51,779 bases of DNA from Promethearchaeota archaeon (GTDB lineage: Archaea > Asgardarchaeota > Thorarchaeia > Thorarchaeales > Thorarchaeaceae), in the NCBI GenBank assembly GCA_048939765.1, contig JBHLPF010000027.1, positions 1 through 51,779 on the forward strand. The letters are read 5' to 3'. The notes beneath the pieces were generated by a model that was given only the letters and a program-made list of their open reading frames with translations, was not told where the DNA came from and made no database searches. The position numbers and the translations under genes were made by a program. Within the stretch, counting starts at the first letter, position 1, and the number at the start of each line of letters is the position of its first letter. Shown one piece after another: positions 26,318 through 36,264 of the stretch.

Positions 26318-27652
26318 ATGACCAGAAAGAAAGTAATAATCATGGGTGCAGCTGGACGTGATTTCCATAACTTCAACGTATTCTTTCGTGACAATGAGGA
26401 CTATGAGGTTGTAGCATTCACAGCTGAACAGATACCGGGTATTGAGGATAGGCTGTATCCTCCAGAATTATCGGGAGCCCTTTATCCTGATGGTATCAAG
26501 ATTTACCCCGAAGAAATGCTGCCTGAATTAGTTGAGAAGTTTGAAGTGGAGCAGTGTATTCTAGCATATTCAGATCTTTCCTACGACACAGTGGGTCACA
26601 AGATTGCATGGGTGAACAGTATTGGTGCGGACATCAGACTCATGGGTACCAACTCAACGATGTTGAAAAGCAAGAAACCAGTCGTTGCTGTCTGCGCTGT
26701 CAGAACCGGATGCGGAAAAAGTCAAACCTCTCGCCGAGTGAATCAAATTCTGGTCGATATGGGTTTCAAGCCCGTTAACATTCGTCATCCGATGCCTTAT
26801 GATCCTGATCTCACGACCCAAATAGCGCAGCGCTATGAATCTCTGGAAGATTTGGACAAATACAACTGCACGATTGAAGAACGCGAAGAATATGAACCTA
26901 TGATCAACATGGGGGTGATTCTCTATGCTGGCATTGACTATGGCAAGATACTGCGGCAGGCTGAAGGAGAAGCTGATATGATTACGTGGGATGGTGGCAA
27001 CAATGATTTTGCGTTCTATCGTCCAGACCTATACATCGTAATCACCGACCCACACAGACCAGGACATGAAGTGTCCTATTATCCAGGCGAAACCAACCTT
27101 AGGATGGCTGATGTTGTGATCATTAACAAGGTCGACACTGCCGACTATGACTCTGTTGAAGAAGTCAGAGATAACATCATGCATGTCAATCCGAAAGCAA
27201 TCATCATTGAGGCTGCCTCGCCTGTCACTATTGAAGACATGAGCATCATTCGCGGAAAACGAGTACTTGTTGTTGAGGATGGGCCAACTGTTACTCATGG
27301 TGGCATGCCCTATGGTGCCGGATACATAGCAGCCAGAAAGGCAGGAGCAGAGATTGTTGACCCAAGGCCATTTGCGGTAGGATCAATCCAAGACACATTC
27401 GAGAAGTACTACCATTTAGAGGACGTCTTACCGGCGATGGGATATGGTAAGACGCAGATGAAGGAACTAGAAGATACCATCAACAAAGCAGACGCCGATG
27501 CGGTTGTGATTGGGACTCCAATTGACCTCGGGCGACTCATCAAAATCAACAAGCCAAGTGTTAGAATCCGATATGATCTGCAAGAGATTGGAAGACCTAA
27601 CCTTGAAGATATTCTCTCTGAGTTCGCCGAGAAGATGGGTTTGAAGAAATAG
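26318..27652 (+). CDS. arcE: COG2403 P-loop protein (cDPG synthetase-like; arginine synthetase ArcE-like)
   Basis: IMGAAGRDFHNFN, AVRTGCGKSQTSR, RHPMPY, CTIEEREEYE, WDGGNND, VVEDGPTVTHGGM. Confidence 0.75.
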   Translation: MTRKKVIIMGAAGRDFHNFNVFFRDNEDYEVVAFTAEQIPGIEDRLYPPELSGALYPDGIKIYPEEMLPELVEKFEVEQCILAYSDLSYDTVGHKIAWVNSIGADIRLMGTNSTMLKSKKPVVAVCAVRTGCGKSQTSRRVNQILVDMGFKPVNIRHPMPYDPDLTTQIAQRYESLEDLDKYNCTIEEREEYEPMINMGVILYAGIDYGKILRQAEGEADMITWDGGNNDFAFYRPDLYIVITDPHRPGHEVSYYPGETNLRMADVVIINKVDTADYDSVEEVRDNIMHVNPKAIIIEAASPVTIEDMSIIRGKRVLVVEDGPTVTHGGMPYGAGYIAARKAGAEIVDPRPFAVGSIQDTFEKYYHLEDVLPAMGYGKTQMKELEDTINKADADAVVIGTPIDLGRLIKINKPSVRIRYDLQEIGRPNLEDILSEFAEKMGLKK

Positions 27653-27658
27653 AGAACA

Positions 27659-27682
27659 ACACCCGGGAGTGTTCCCGGATGT
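27659..27682. terminator. Hairpin between convergent genes (CCGGGA/TCCCGG core)
   Basis: Inverted repeat between the stops at 27652 and 27691. Confidence 0.4.
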
Positions 27683-27690
27683 CGAGTTCA

Positions 27691-28617
27691 TCACCAGTAC
27701 TCCTGCTTTGTCTGAATTGACCTTGCCGCCAAGTCCTTGTACAAAACAGCCTGATATATGTAGGTGAGAGGAGTGATAATCAGCATAGAAGCGAACGGAG
27801 TGACTAGTATCGAAAGGTTTCCGATGAAGAATCCAAGACCGAGATCAATTGCAAGTGTGATAACTACCAAGACTACATGGAAGAGAATGATGCCAGCTAG
27901 AGCATGAAGATACTTATTACGCGTTAGGCCTATTGTCCGGCTTATCGAGCCACCTGTACTCTGGTCTTCGCCTATTACCACCGCTCCATTCGGATAGAAT
28001 AATGCCACTACTAGAATATACACTATTGCCAATGCAAAAAGCGTTCCTGATACCTGCATCATTGCATCAAGATCCATGGCAATCACTGCATCATAAAGCA
28101 AGACTAGCGATTCTTGAATCGGAATCATGATTATTGCATATATTGAACCAATGATCAACGTGACTACTAGCAGAGTCGGGAATCGTTCGAGGGCTGAACC
28201 AAACCCAGACCCCATCGAGGAGTCCTGTCCAGTGTAGGTTCGAAGTGCTATGCTGACAGCCGCACCTAGCACCAGAATATTCAGAACGAAGCCAATCAAC
28301 ATCAAGACTCCGCTTACACCTACATATGTGCCAAAAACCCCAGGAGGGATTGGCTGGCCTAGGAGTAGGTATGTGCCATAGATGAAAGAAACAGGTTCAG
28401 AACCTAGATATCCAATGGAGGTGAGCATTTCTTCTCCAAACACAAGATACAATATGGTGCTGGACAGAATACTATAAATCACAGGTACAATCATGACGCC
28501 AATGTACGCAGAGATTCTCTTCCCAAACAGGCTTAGGACAGTTGAAACCTGCGTACTCAATCCAATTGCATACTGGTCGTCAACAGAAGTCGGTGTCTGA
28601 TCTTCCACGAATGCCAA
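27691..28617 (-). CDS. Multi-pass membrane protein (GDPD membrane-domain-like)
   Basis: About 6 TM segments; PNGAVVIGE...SISRTIGLTR and AVLYKDL patterns. Confidence 0.7.
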   Translation of the reverse strand: MAFVEDQTPTSVDDQYAIGLSTQVSTVLSLFGKRISAYIGVMIVPVIYSILSSTILYLVFGEEMLTSIGYLGSEPVSFIYGTYLLLGQPIPPGVFGTYVGVSGVLMLIGFVLNILVLGAAVSIALRTYTGQDSSMGSGFGSALERFPTLLVVTLIIGSIYAIIMIPIQESLVLLYDAVIAMDLDAMMQVSGTLFALAIVYILVVALFYPNGAVVIGEDQSTGGSISRTIGLTRNKYLHALAGIILFHVVLVVITLAIDLGLGFFIGNLSILVTPFASMLIITPLTYIYQAVLYKDLAARSIQTKQEYW

Positions 28618-28675
28618 TTAGTCCACCTTTACGGCGAAACGCTTCATGCACCTTATAATATCTCCGGACTTGACT

Positions 28676-30271
28676 CTAAGCTGGTTTTGGACGAGCATCA
28701 AGAATCTCCATGAATTTCATTCCACCCGCACGCTCTAGCAATTCCTCGAAGGACACGATGAATACGCCGGGAGTAACTTCTGTACTGATTTTCGTTAGCC
28801 TCTGAATCTCCAGGATGAGAGGCTCATGGTTGCCTTCTGGTCCATCTTTTGGAGCCACGTAGAGATTCAACACATCCATACTATATGGATCGCTCATGTC
28901 CTCCTTGGCAACCTGGATTTGTAATTCTTCAATCTCTGAAAGCTTCAACAAATCAGCTCTCAAAGCAGTGAGATTCACTGTTGCGCCTTTGATCTTCTTC
29001 TCCGCAAGACCCATCACTTCAATCTGAGCTTGTGCATCGTTTGTGCGGCCAATGTCCCAGAAGAAGGGTCCGTCTATTCCACAACATGGACATTTTCCGC
29101 GCTCATGTTTTGATGCCACATCTCCCAGTAGGAACCCTTCAAAGACTGTTCCAGTGCTGTCTAAATGAAAGAGCAGTGTATGTCCCGGTTCATCCTCTCC
29201 AACGAACTCATAGCTCCCATCATCATTCAGCCTGACGAACTCCCAGGACATCATCAGTGGGGACAAGTTATGATAAGGTCCATCATATTCGCACTGTACT
29301 GCGAATGAAACCTTGCTCTCTGATGAAGCATATCCCCCAACGATCCTGACTTCCTTAGCTCCTTTCTCAGTTAAAACCTGTGTGATATCATCAGCCACTC
29401 GAGGATAGATTTTCTCCCCTGCCAATAATACAACTACTTTCTCAGGAGCCTCATAATCTTCATCTTCCTTCATAGCCCGGAAGAACCTGTTTCTAAGATA
29501 ACTCGGCATTCCGGCAAAAGCGTTTGATTTGAAGGACTTCGCGAGCTCAACCAGCTTCTCACTGGGTATCGCTCCACCTGCGCTTGTGGCGTTATAGAAC
29601 TTGCTTATCTGTTTGAGACCTACATTGACAGCATGCCAACCTAGATGTGGAGCGTATGGAAATAGGTTCATGCTAGAAACCTCCCACCCGCTGTCTATAA
29701 AGGGATCAATAGCGAGCTGACCGCACTTCGCACTGTTACTGGATAGCAGTTCATTGTCATAGCGAGTCAGGAACACTGGTGATGGCAACCCTGAGGCCCG
29801 ACCGGAACTCAGCCAGTATTGAAGTGGAGAATAGGTGTAGGTCAATTGTTCCTTAATTCGATCCATCGCTGCGGAAGCTCCAATCTTAAGCTTCACACGT
29901 GCCCCATTGTTGCGCAGGAAATTGTACTGACGGCCGTTACCTGTATCCTTTGAGTAGTTCATCAAATTCTGAACAATCTCCGCAGGCTCTCGTTCCTTCC
30001 CATCAACCTCAGAAGGATTAAGCACAAAATGTGTAAGATTGTCTTTATAGTCGGTCTTCCTCACCAGTGGGATTTGATATTTCGCCCAATCTTCGATGCA
30101 GGTGATATTGTAGGGATCAACATCGTTCTCTTTGAATAGGCGCCTGTAGTAGGGATGGTTGGGCCATATCTGATATCGAATGAATGCCCGGAACTTCTGG
30201 TCCTGCATTTGCTTGATTTCACGGTGGTTAGTTCTCTTTAGCTCCTGGAATGTTAGAGTAGTTTTTGTCAT
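28676..30271 (-). CDS. Phenylacetate-CoA ligase-like (ANL/AMP-forming) protein
   Basis: HPYYRRLF, IPLVRK, SSGRASGLP, GMPSY, LAGE, GYASSE, GD, KIKGATVN. Confidence 0.8.
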   Translation of the reverse strand: MTKTTLTFQELKRTNHREIKQMQDQKFRAFIRYQIWPNHPYYRRLFKENDVDPYNITCIEDWAKYQIPLVRKTDYKDNLTHFVLNPSEVDGKEREPAEIVQNLMNYSKDTGNGRQYNFLRNNGARVKLKIGASAAMDRIKEQLTYTYSPLQYWLSSGRASGLPSPVFLTRYDNELLSSNSAKCGQLAIDPFIDSGWEVSSMNLFPYAPHLGWHAVNVGLKQISKFYNATSAGGAIPSEKLVELAKSFKSNAFAGMPSYLRNRFFRAMKEDEDYEAPEKVVVLLAGEKIYPRVADDITQVLTEKGAKEVRIVGGYASSESKVSFAVQCEYDGPYHNLSPLMMSWEFVRLNDDGSYEFVGEDEPGHTLLFHLDSTGTVFEGFLLGDVASKHERGKCPCCGIDGPFFWDIGRTNDAQAQIEVMGLAEKKIKGATVNLTALRADLLKLSEIEELQIQVAKEDMSDPYSMDVLNLYVAPKDGPEGNHEPLILEIQRLTKISTEVTPGVFIVSFEELLERAGGMKFMEILDARPKPA

Positions 30272-30453
30272 GAAGAAGACTCCGAAATAGGGCTTACGAG
30301 AGGCATGGCTTTTTGTCTATTAGATAAAAGTTCCGAGTTGTCGTTTAATGGAGTAATACACCCACTGAATAAGGGAATACAGGAGAAACCCATAATAGTG
30401 CGGGTTTCTTCATTCAATCGGCCCAAACCCTAAAGCCATGGAGTGTTCAAGCA

Positions 30454-30885
30454 TTGTCTGAATCCGATGAGAAACTTCAGAGAGGAATCATAGAACTGGA
30501 GAAGGGAAACCACAAGAAAGCATTTGGCGTTTTCAAAGATGTCTTCGAAGACAGGAAAGAGAGATTCCTGCAAAGAGTTCAGGACAATCCGAAGTCACCA
30601 ACTCTAATGCTTGAAGCCTTGCATATGATCCATGCTCTGGTTTGGCTCAGAGTTGCAGAAGCTGGAATGGATAAGCATCACGCCATGGAGCTTTACGGAA
30701 AGGCTGTTGGTACAGTTGAAGCGGCTAGAACTGCACTCGGACCCCTTGTTGGCGGACTCGCTCAATGGGCAAAGGAACAAAACATCAAAGTAGTCTACAA
30801 CAAAGCACGAGGTCTCCTAGCAGCAACTACGGATCTTGAAGAGATGGCAAAGAAGGAACTTGAAGCATTTAGAAGGATGAAATAG
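30454..30885 (+). CDS. Hypothetical all-helical protein
   Basis: 143-aa ORF with natural composition and GGAGTG upstream. Confidence 0.65.
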   Translation: MSESDEKLQRGIIELEKGNHKKAFGVFKDVFEDRKERFLQRVQDNPKSPTLMLEALHMIHALVWLRVAEAGMDKHHAMELYGKAVGTVEAARTALGPLVGGLAQWAKEQNIKVVYNKARGLLAATTDLEEMAKKELEAFRRMK

Positions 30886-30983
30886 ACTACTTCAAATGGA
30901 TCTCTGTGAATGCATTTTGAAAGAAAGGTTGGGCCTTGGGTGACAAGATGTCATACCAATGAAGAAAGAGGAGGGAGTGTATA

Positions 30984-31232
30984 CTGATTACTGCGTTTGT
31001 TAGTATGTCAGTTACACCAGGTGAAGATGAGAGTATCGTCAAGGAGCTAGTGAAGGACAGAATCATCCAAGAGGCGTGGTTGACAACTGGAGAGTATGAT
31101 GTGCTCCTCATAATCAGGGCGGAAGACACAGAGGAGATTAATCATTACGTCAATGAGAGAGTTCGTGGAATTGATGGTGTCGTACGCATTGTTGTTACAT
31201 TTGGTATTCAGTCCATCACACATAGCGATTAG
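30984..31232 (+). CDS. Stand-alone Lrp/AsnC ligand-binding (RAM) domain protein
   Basis: ITAFVSMSVTPG...TTGEYDVLLIIRA...VRGIDGV. The first beta strand lies upstream of ATG 31005, implying a non-canonical start near 30984. Confidence 0.8.
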   Translation: MITAFVSMSVTPGEDESIVKELVKDRIIQEAWLTTGEYDVLLIIRAEDTEEINHYVNERVRGIDGVVRIVVTFGIQSITHSD

Positions 31233-31571
31233 CTAGAAATCCTTCATGTGCTCCGACCATTTATCAGCAGGAAACCGGTTCTTCATGATTTCAAGCTCAG
31301 AAAGGATGCTCTTCTCGAGGTCCACTTCAAAGAAGTTGGCGAGCTGTAAGAGGAGGGCTAGAACTTGGGCGAATTCTCGAGATAGTTCATCTCGAGACGG
31401 TGCATCATGACCCAATCCAATGACCTTGTATCCCTCTTCAACAGTAATATGGCGTGAAATTTCTCCAAGTTCTTCAATGAGATGAGTGAAGACGAGAGAG
31501 GGATTGAACTTGTCCCAGCCCCTCTCCTTCTCAAATTCAGCAGTCATTCTCTGAATCTCGCTCAGGTCCAT
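31233..31571 (-). CDS. MazG-like nucleotide pyrophosphohydrolase
   Basis: ERGWDKF...LIEELGEI...EFAQVL...VDLE. Confidence 0.85.
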   Translation of the reverse strand: MDLSEIQRMTAEFEKERGWDKFNPSLVFTHLIEELGEISRHITVEEGYKVIGLGHDAPSRDELSREFAQVLALLLQLANFFEVDLEKSILSELEIMKNRFPADKWSEHMKDF

Positions 31572-32240
31572 CTATGTCATCCTCCTCGTTATTTGCAATA
31601 CCTGAGCCCGTGCTTGGTCTATTGCCTGGCTTGATGGACTCTTGAGAGGGCCGAGCTCTACATTATCAGACAGTGGCTCTCCCCCTAGAAACATCGCCTC
31701 ACTGACCACGCCCATCATATCAGCCGGCGGAAGAATAGCACAAGGAAACTTCATCCCAGGTTCCACGCTAGGTATATTTGTTACAATAGTCCAGATGCGG
31801 CTGCCATCTGTGCATCTACACTCAGTGAGATTAGAAGAACCTTCCACATCTCTTATCTGGGTGACTTCTACAGCTAGAATGTCAATTGCATGAGCAGGAT
31901 CATCAGCAGCCCTCAGGAGCCGCTCTTCAAATCCCTCCACAATGGAAAGAGAATATTGTGTTTCTGTGAAAGATAGCTTCTCCTTGACGGATTGTGGCTT
32001 GTAGCCTTGTGATTTGGATGCCTCTCTGAACAAATCTGCAAACTCAGCAATTGCACCAACAAGGCTCTTTGTCGCTTCAAGTTCAGCCAAGGTCTTGCCA
32101 TCAACATATGAATACTTCACTTCATACAGTAGAGATCCTGCAGTCTTTAAGGCGTTCACCAGTTTTGAGTACTCGATGTGCATCCTTAGCTTCCGGTTGC
32201 CTATAATTTCGTTAAGGCGTCTCAATGCATCCTCGAGCAC
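31572..32240 (-). CDS. tRNA-binding OB-fold (EMAP/COG2517-like) protein
   Basis: VKYSY, IVTN, ILPPADMMGVVSEAMFLG. Confidence 0.8.
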   Translation of the reverse strand: MLEDALRRLNEIIGNRKLRMHIEYSKLVNALKTAGSLLYEVKYSYVDGKTLAELEATKSLVGAIAEFADLFREASKSQGYKPQSVKEKLSFTETQYSLSIVEGFEERLLRAADDPAHAIDILAVEVTQIRDVEGSSNLTECRCTDGSRIWTIVTNIPSVEPGMKFPCAILPPADMMGVVSEAMFLGGEPLSDNVELGPLKSPSSQAIDQARAQVLQITRRMT

Positions 32241-32408
32241 TAGAACTCTAGCATCCTTTGCAGTGTCCAGAACGGTTCACCTAGGAAAAATGTGTATGTG
32301 GTCTTGATAAAGGCCGCGCCTGATTGGTTTAGGAGACCACGAATAGTGATATAAGACAAGATTGGTAACGCGTTCACATCAGAGACATACGCCATATGAG
32401 GTGCTTGA

Positions 32409-33026
32409 ATGATCCAAGCGTTATTCATAATCGCTGAGAGTGGGCTTTGCCTTATCAGTAAGACATACGGCGCTGAAGAGGAAGGAGGAATAGATGACAA
32501 TCTAGTGGGAGGGTTTCTTCAGGCAGTTGGATCATTTGGGGAGGAACTCCATGGTGGAGGAGTGTTAGAGGACATGAGCTTCAAGGGATTCAAGATTGTC
32601 CTCTCAAGGCACCCTGGTTTTATGGTAGCTGGGATGATAGACCAAATTGATGATAGGATATCAGCAAAAGCAGTCCTGTCGGATGTTGGAAATGAGTTTC
32701 TTGAAGGTTATAGGAATATAATAGCAGATTTTGATGGCAGCTTAGACCACTTCGAGGGGTTTTATCCGAGAATCGATGATATAACGAAGTCTGGGAAAGC
32801 CGCCGAAAAGCGAGTTATCGTGCCAGTTCTTAAAGGTAAAGTATCTCCAATGCTAGTCAGGCTTGGACAGATGACCCAAACAGTATTTGATGTTGCTAAG
32901 AAGTGTCAAGGCAAATTGACCACCAATGACATCGCGTATGACCTCAAGATGTCGCTAAAGGAGGTCGTTAAGTCCTTGCACACTCTTGAAGACATGGACA
33001 TGCTTGAGTGGAAAGAAGTGGGGTAA
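32409..33026 (+). CDS. Longin-like domain + C-terminal winged helix (Asgard-type)
   Basis: MIQALFIIAESGLCLISKTY...DDNLVGGFLQAVGSFGEE is the longin N-terminal pattern; TTNDIAYDLKMSLKEVVKSLHTLEDMDML is an HTH. Confidence 0.75.
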   Translation: MIQALFIIAESGLCLISKTYGAEEEGGIDDNLVGGFLQAVGSFGEELHGGGVLEDMSFKGFKIVLSRHPGFMVAGMIDQIDDRISAKAVLSDVGNEFLEGYRNIIADFDGSLDHFEGFYPRIDDITKSGKAAEKRVIVPVLKGKVSPMLVRLGQMTQTVFDVAKKCQGKLTTNDIAYDLKMSLKEVVKSLHTLEDMDMLEWKEVG

Positions 33027-33060
33027 TACCCACAATTGATTATTCTGCTGTTCGGACGCG

Positions 33061-33780
33061 CTATTGTGTCTGACCCCATTCGTTTCCTATGGCGATGAGA
33101 ATCAGACCAATAACGATTAATCCTGGAGCCAAGACGCCGGGAATTGTATATGACCCAGCAAAGACAAATTCTGCCAGCACGTGGCGAGCTGCGTGGATGA
33201 CTCTGCCAGCAAATAGTACGAAGAATCCCAATCCAAGCATGAAGTTGGACCGTCTCAGAATACCCCCTGACTGCCAAGCTAGGTACCAGAACAGGAGAGG
33301 AATGAACAATGCATAGATTGCCCCAGCACCACCTGAAAGAATCTGACGATCTAGTTCGGCTAGTGGCACAAGAGCTAGGACAATACCAATCAAGACGGCC
33401 GGGATGGCAAAGAGGATCTCAGCCCATCGCTTTCCAAAAATCATGAATGCTGCAGTAGCAGAAAGGATTGCAAGTGCCATCCATTGGAAGAAGGCTCCCG
33501 CACTAAGCCATGGAGCAGGATCTGATAGCAGAACTGAGAACTGCGTTTCAAGTCCTCCATATAGAGATGATATATCTGCATAGAAATCACCGACGAAATA
33601 GAAGCATCTCCCTATGGCAAGCAAGAGAAAGAAGAGGGCCATTGCAAGCTGGAAAGGATTTCTTGTCTTCCTGTATCTAAAGAAGAGGAAGAATATGAAG
33701 ATGAAGAAATAATACCCAACCACTAGGAACCATAGTCCTATGTGCACTTCTCTAATTGCCATGTCGATGGTTTGTAACAT
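33061..33780 (-). CDS. Hypothetical ~7-TM membrane protein
   Basis: Seven hydrophobic segments with short loops. Confidence 0.75.
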   Translation of the reverse strand: MLQTIDMAIREVHIGLWFLVVGYYFFIFIFFLFFRYRKTRNPFQLAMALFFLLLAIGRCFYFVGDFYADISSLYGGLETQFSVLLSDPAPWLSAGAFFQWMALAILSATAAFMIFGKRWAEILFAIPAVLIGIVLALVPLAELDRQILSGGAGAIYALFIPLLFWYLAWQSGGILRRSNFMLGLGFFVLFAGRVIHAARHVLAEFVFAGSYTIPGVLAPGLIVIGLILIAIGNEWGQTQ

Positions 33781-33966
33781 CGTACTCTCTCCATTGGCTT
33801 CTAGACAACACTAGTACGGTTCTGTTCGCTTCCCAACAAATAAGTGTATTCTGCTCCATAACGAGTTAATGAGAACAATACGTGTGCAATACACCAAAAA
33901 CACGCTCTACGCATACACAAAGACAACCTCTATATTTGGCGCGTGTGACCTTCAGTTGGTGGTCCT

Positions 33967-34380
33967 TTGAGTCCTGAGCGAACGTGGAAGTTGAAAACTG
34001 CAGACGGCACGCTTACAGAGTTCAAGGACATTCGTAGAATTGTGGGCAATCAGATTATACGAGCCTATCTGCTTGAAAAAGCAATGTCTGCAAACCGTCT
34101 TGAATGCATCAAGGCAACTCTCAGGGGGCCAAGAAACGAGTTCAAGGATTTCGATGATTTCTTTGTGTTGAGAACATCAATTGATGGAAATCTCAATATT
34201 CTCGTCGAGGCAAATGTCTATGACAATTTGAGAATCGTTGGCACTGACAGCGAGAAAATAACGAACATGAATGCGAGGCAAATCATTGAAATGTTTACTG
34301 AAATGCTTGATGACCCAGAGGGTCATGCTGCTACATTGATTCTGAGCGAGAATTCCAAGGTGAGTGCTAAGCAGGGATGA
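33967..34380 (+). CDS. Hypothetical protein
   Basis: 137-aa ORF, TTG start after GGTGG, ATGA overlap with the next gene. Confidence 0.65.
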   Translation: MSPERTWKLKTADGTLTEFKDIRRIVGNQIIRAYLLEKAMSANRLECIKATLRGPRNEFKDFDDFFVLRTSIDGNLNILVEANVYDNLRIVGTDSEKITNMNARQIIEMFTEMLDDPEGHAATLILSENSKVSAKQG

Positions 34381-34574
34381 GCGAATTCAAGCGTTATGCG
34401 AAGTGTCCTGTCTGTGGTGAGAGAACTGTGCTCTCTGTGCCTCAAAACGTCTTGAAGAAGGCAAAGAGATTCCCTTTCACACTCAAAGTTGTACATGAGG
34501 ACCATTATTTCTACATCAATATAGACTCTCAAGCATCAATCACTGATATTCTGAAACCTGAATTAGTAGAGTGA
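34377..34574 (+). CDS. Small Zn-finger protein (CxxC...HxxH)
   Basis: KCPVCG...FPFTLKVVHEDHYFYINID; translationally coupled to the upstream gene. Confidence 0.7.
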   Translation: MSEFKRYAKCPVCGERTVLSVPQNVLKKAKRFPFTLKVVHEDHYFYINIDSQASITDILKPELVE

Positions 34575-35372
34575 TTAGCCAATATAGCGGTCACTGGGCC
34601 GTTCTCCTTCCTCTTCAGCTGTTCCACGTTGGGAGATCTCATTCTTGGCCCATTCAATGAAATCGATCACCTTGGTGACATCGTCTTCCAGAATGTCAAA
34701 AGAGGCTTTGATATTGAGGAAAGAGCTAATCTTCTCAAGTACAGTTCTTGCTGCACGATAGTCCATCTTAATCATACCAAGGGTTTCCCCGAGAAGACAA
34801 GCTCCCTTCATGTCATACATCGAAGCAGCCCACGCAGGAATAAACCCATTCGCTCCATTCACAACGCCCTCTTCAGTTGCCACTGTGCCTCCAACAGTAG
34901 AGATCTCTCCAAGTAATTCAGACGAGCTTGCAGAAATGAAGACACGTGGCGGCATTGGATATGACTCGAAGAATTCTTGGTAGCTGGTTTCATAGGCAGC
35001 TAGTGCGTAGACCTCCTTTATTCCAAGACCAGTGAATTCCTGTACTACAAAATCAGCATACTCGAATACGCCGCGCCCTGATGCTGGCTGGAAGTCAGCT
35101 GATAGCAGAATGAGGTCATGGGGCTCGTCAGGGGCTGCACGATAGAGCATTATTGAACTCTTGGGGAAGTTGGCGATGCCATCTTTCACAAAGACACGTG
35201 GCGGAAAGTCATCAGAAAAGAAATCCATAACCGGCTGAGCATCAAGAACAGATGAGAGGGTGTCGACTGCAATGCGTCCCACGTTTGCTATGCCTGGAAG
35301 TCCCAAGATTGCTACGGGACTCTTGAGTGAACTTGCGTCAAGGTCAATGAATCGCCTCGTGTACATATTCAT
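34575..35372 (-). CDS. PAC2 family proteasome assembly chaperone
   Basis: GLPGIANVGRIA, DDFPP, ADFQP, GANG, GACLLGET, DYRAA. Confidence 0.9.
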   Translation of the reverse strand: MNMYTRRFIDLDASSLKSPVAILGLPGIANVGRIAVDTLSSVLDAQPVMDFFSDDFPPRVFVKDGIANFPKSSIMLYRAAPDEPHDLILLSADFQPASGRGVFEYADFVVQEFTGLGIKEVYALAAYETSYQEFFESYPMPPRVFISASSSELLGEISTVGGTVATEEGVVNGANGFIPAWAASMYDMKGACLLGETLGMIKMDYRAARTVLEKISSFLNIKASFDILEDDVTKVIDFIEWAKNEISQRGTAEEEGERPSDRYIG

Positions 35373-35427
35373 ACTTCCTGTGGTTATAGATGCCTGCCAA
35401 TTGCATTAAGTCCTATCGGTAATGGAA

Positions 35428-36180
35428 TTATAACCTATAGAAGGCCAAGGCATTTTTGGTTGTTGCCTTGGCAACGTCTTCAGAAGGTAATTCAAGCAAA
35501 TCAGCCAAAGACTCACAACCATAGGCTATATTCGCGGGTTCATTTCGGTTCTCTGTAGGTGACAGGTAGGGACCATCCGTTTCGAGGAGAATCTGCTCCA
35601 ATGGCAGAGTCCTAGCAGCGTCAACTCTACTCCTATATCTAGCGAAATTCGCAGGGAGTGTTATGCGCCATCCGTTATCGGCTATTCTTTTCGTGGTTTC
35701 TTTTGGACCGTCGTAGCAGTGCATCAGCACGTCATTCGCTGCATTCTTCTCCAAAATCTCAGTAGCCCGTGCCTCGGCTTTCCGTGAATGTATAACCAGA
35801 GGCAAGTTAAGTTCACTGGCCAAATTTATAAACATCTGGAATAGAGGTTCTTGAGCCTTTCTTTGATTGGCATCTTTCACCCAGTAATAGTCAAGACCCA
35901 CTTCTCCAACTGCGACAATAGTCGCTGCATACTTCTTGATCAGTGAAATTGTCTTCGAAGCTTCTTCTTCTGTTAGTCTTGAAGCTTGACATCCTGCAGA
36001 ATGGTGGATATACCCCTTATACTTCTTCACAATTCCAAGCGTTCTTCGAAATGATCCAGGTCCCATAGAAGATGTAACCATACCGATTAGTCCAACTTTC
36101 TTTGCCCTTTCAATGACCTGATCTCGATCATGTTGGTAATGTTTCATGTCGATGTGAGTATGTGCATCGAAGAAGCGCAT
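35428..36180 (-). CDS. tatD: TatD family DNase
   Basis: DAHTH, VGEVGLDY, LPLVIHSR, HCY, LLETDGPYL. Confidence 0.93.
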   Translation of the reverse strand: MRFFDAHTHIDMKHYQHDRDQVIERAKKVGLIGMVTSSMGPGSFRRTLGIVKKYKGYIHHSAGCQASRLTEEEASKTISLIKKYAATIVAVGEVGLDYYWVKDANQRKAQEPLFQMFINLASELNLPLVIHSRKAEARATEILEKNAANDVLMHCYDGPKETTKRIADNGWRITLPANFARYRSRVDAARTLPLEQILLETDGPYLSPTENRNEPANIAYGCESLADLLELPSEDVAKATTKNALAFYRL

Positions 36181-36264
36181 TATTCGAAATTCTCTCCTGG
36201 TTAATGGACTCGTACTAGATTCCTTTTAATCGTGTGCCATACACTCTGGTATTGGGGGCAAGCG

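Noticed and set aside
33935-33942. Canonical E2F site TTTGGCGC next to a TATA-like element upstream of 33967
   Set aside because: A degenerate 8-mer is expected several times by chance in 52 kb; a single hit is not evidence without genome-wide enrichment.
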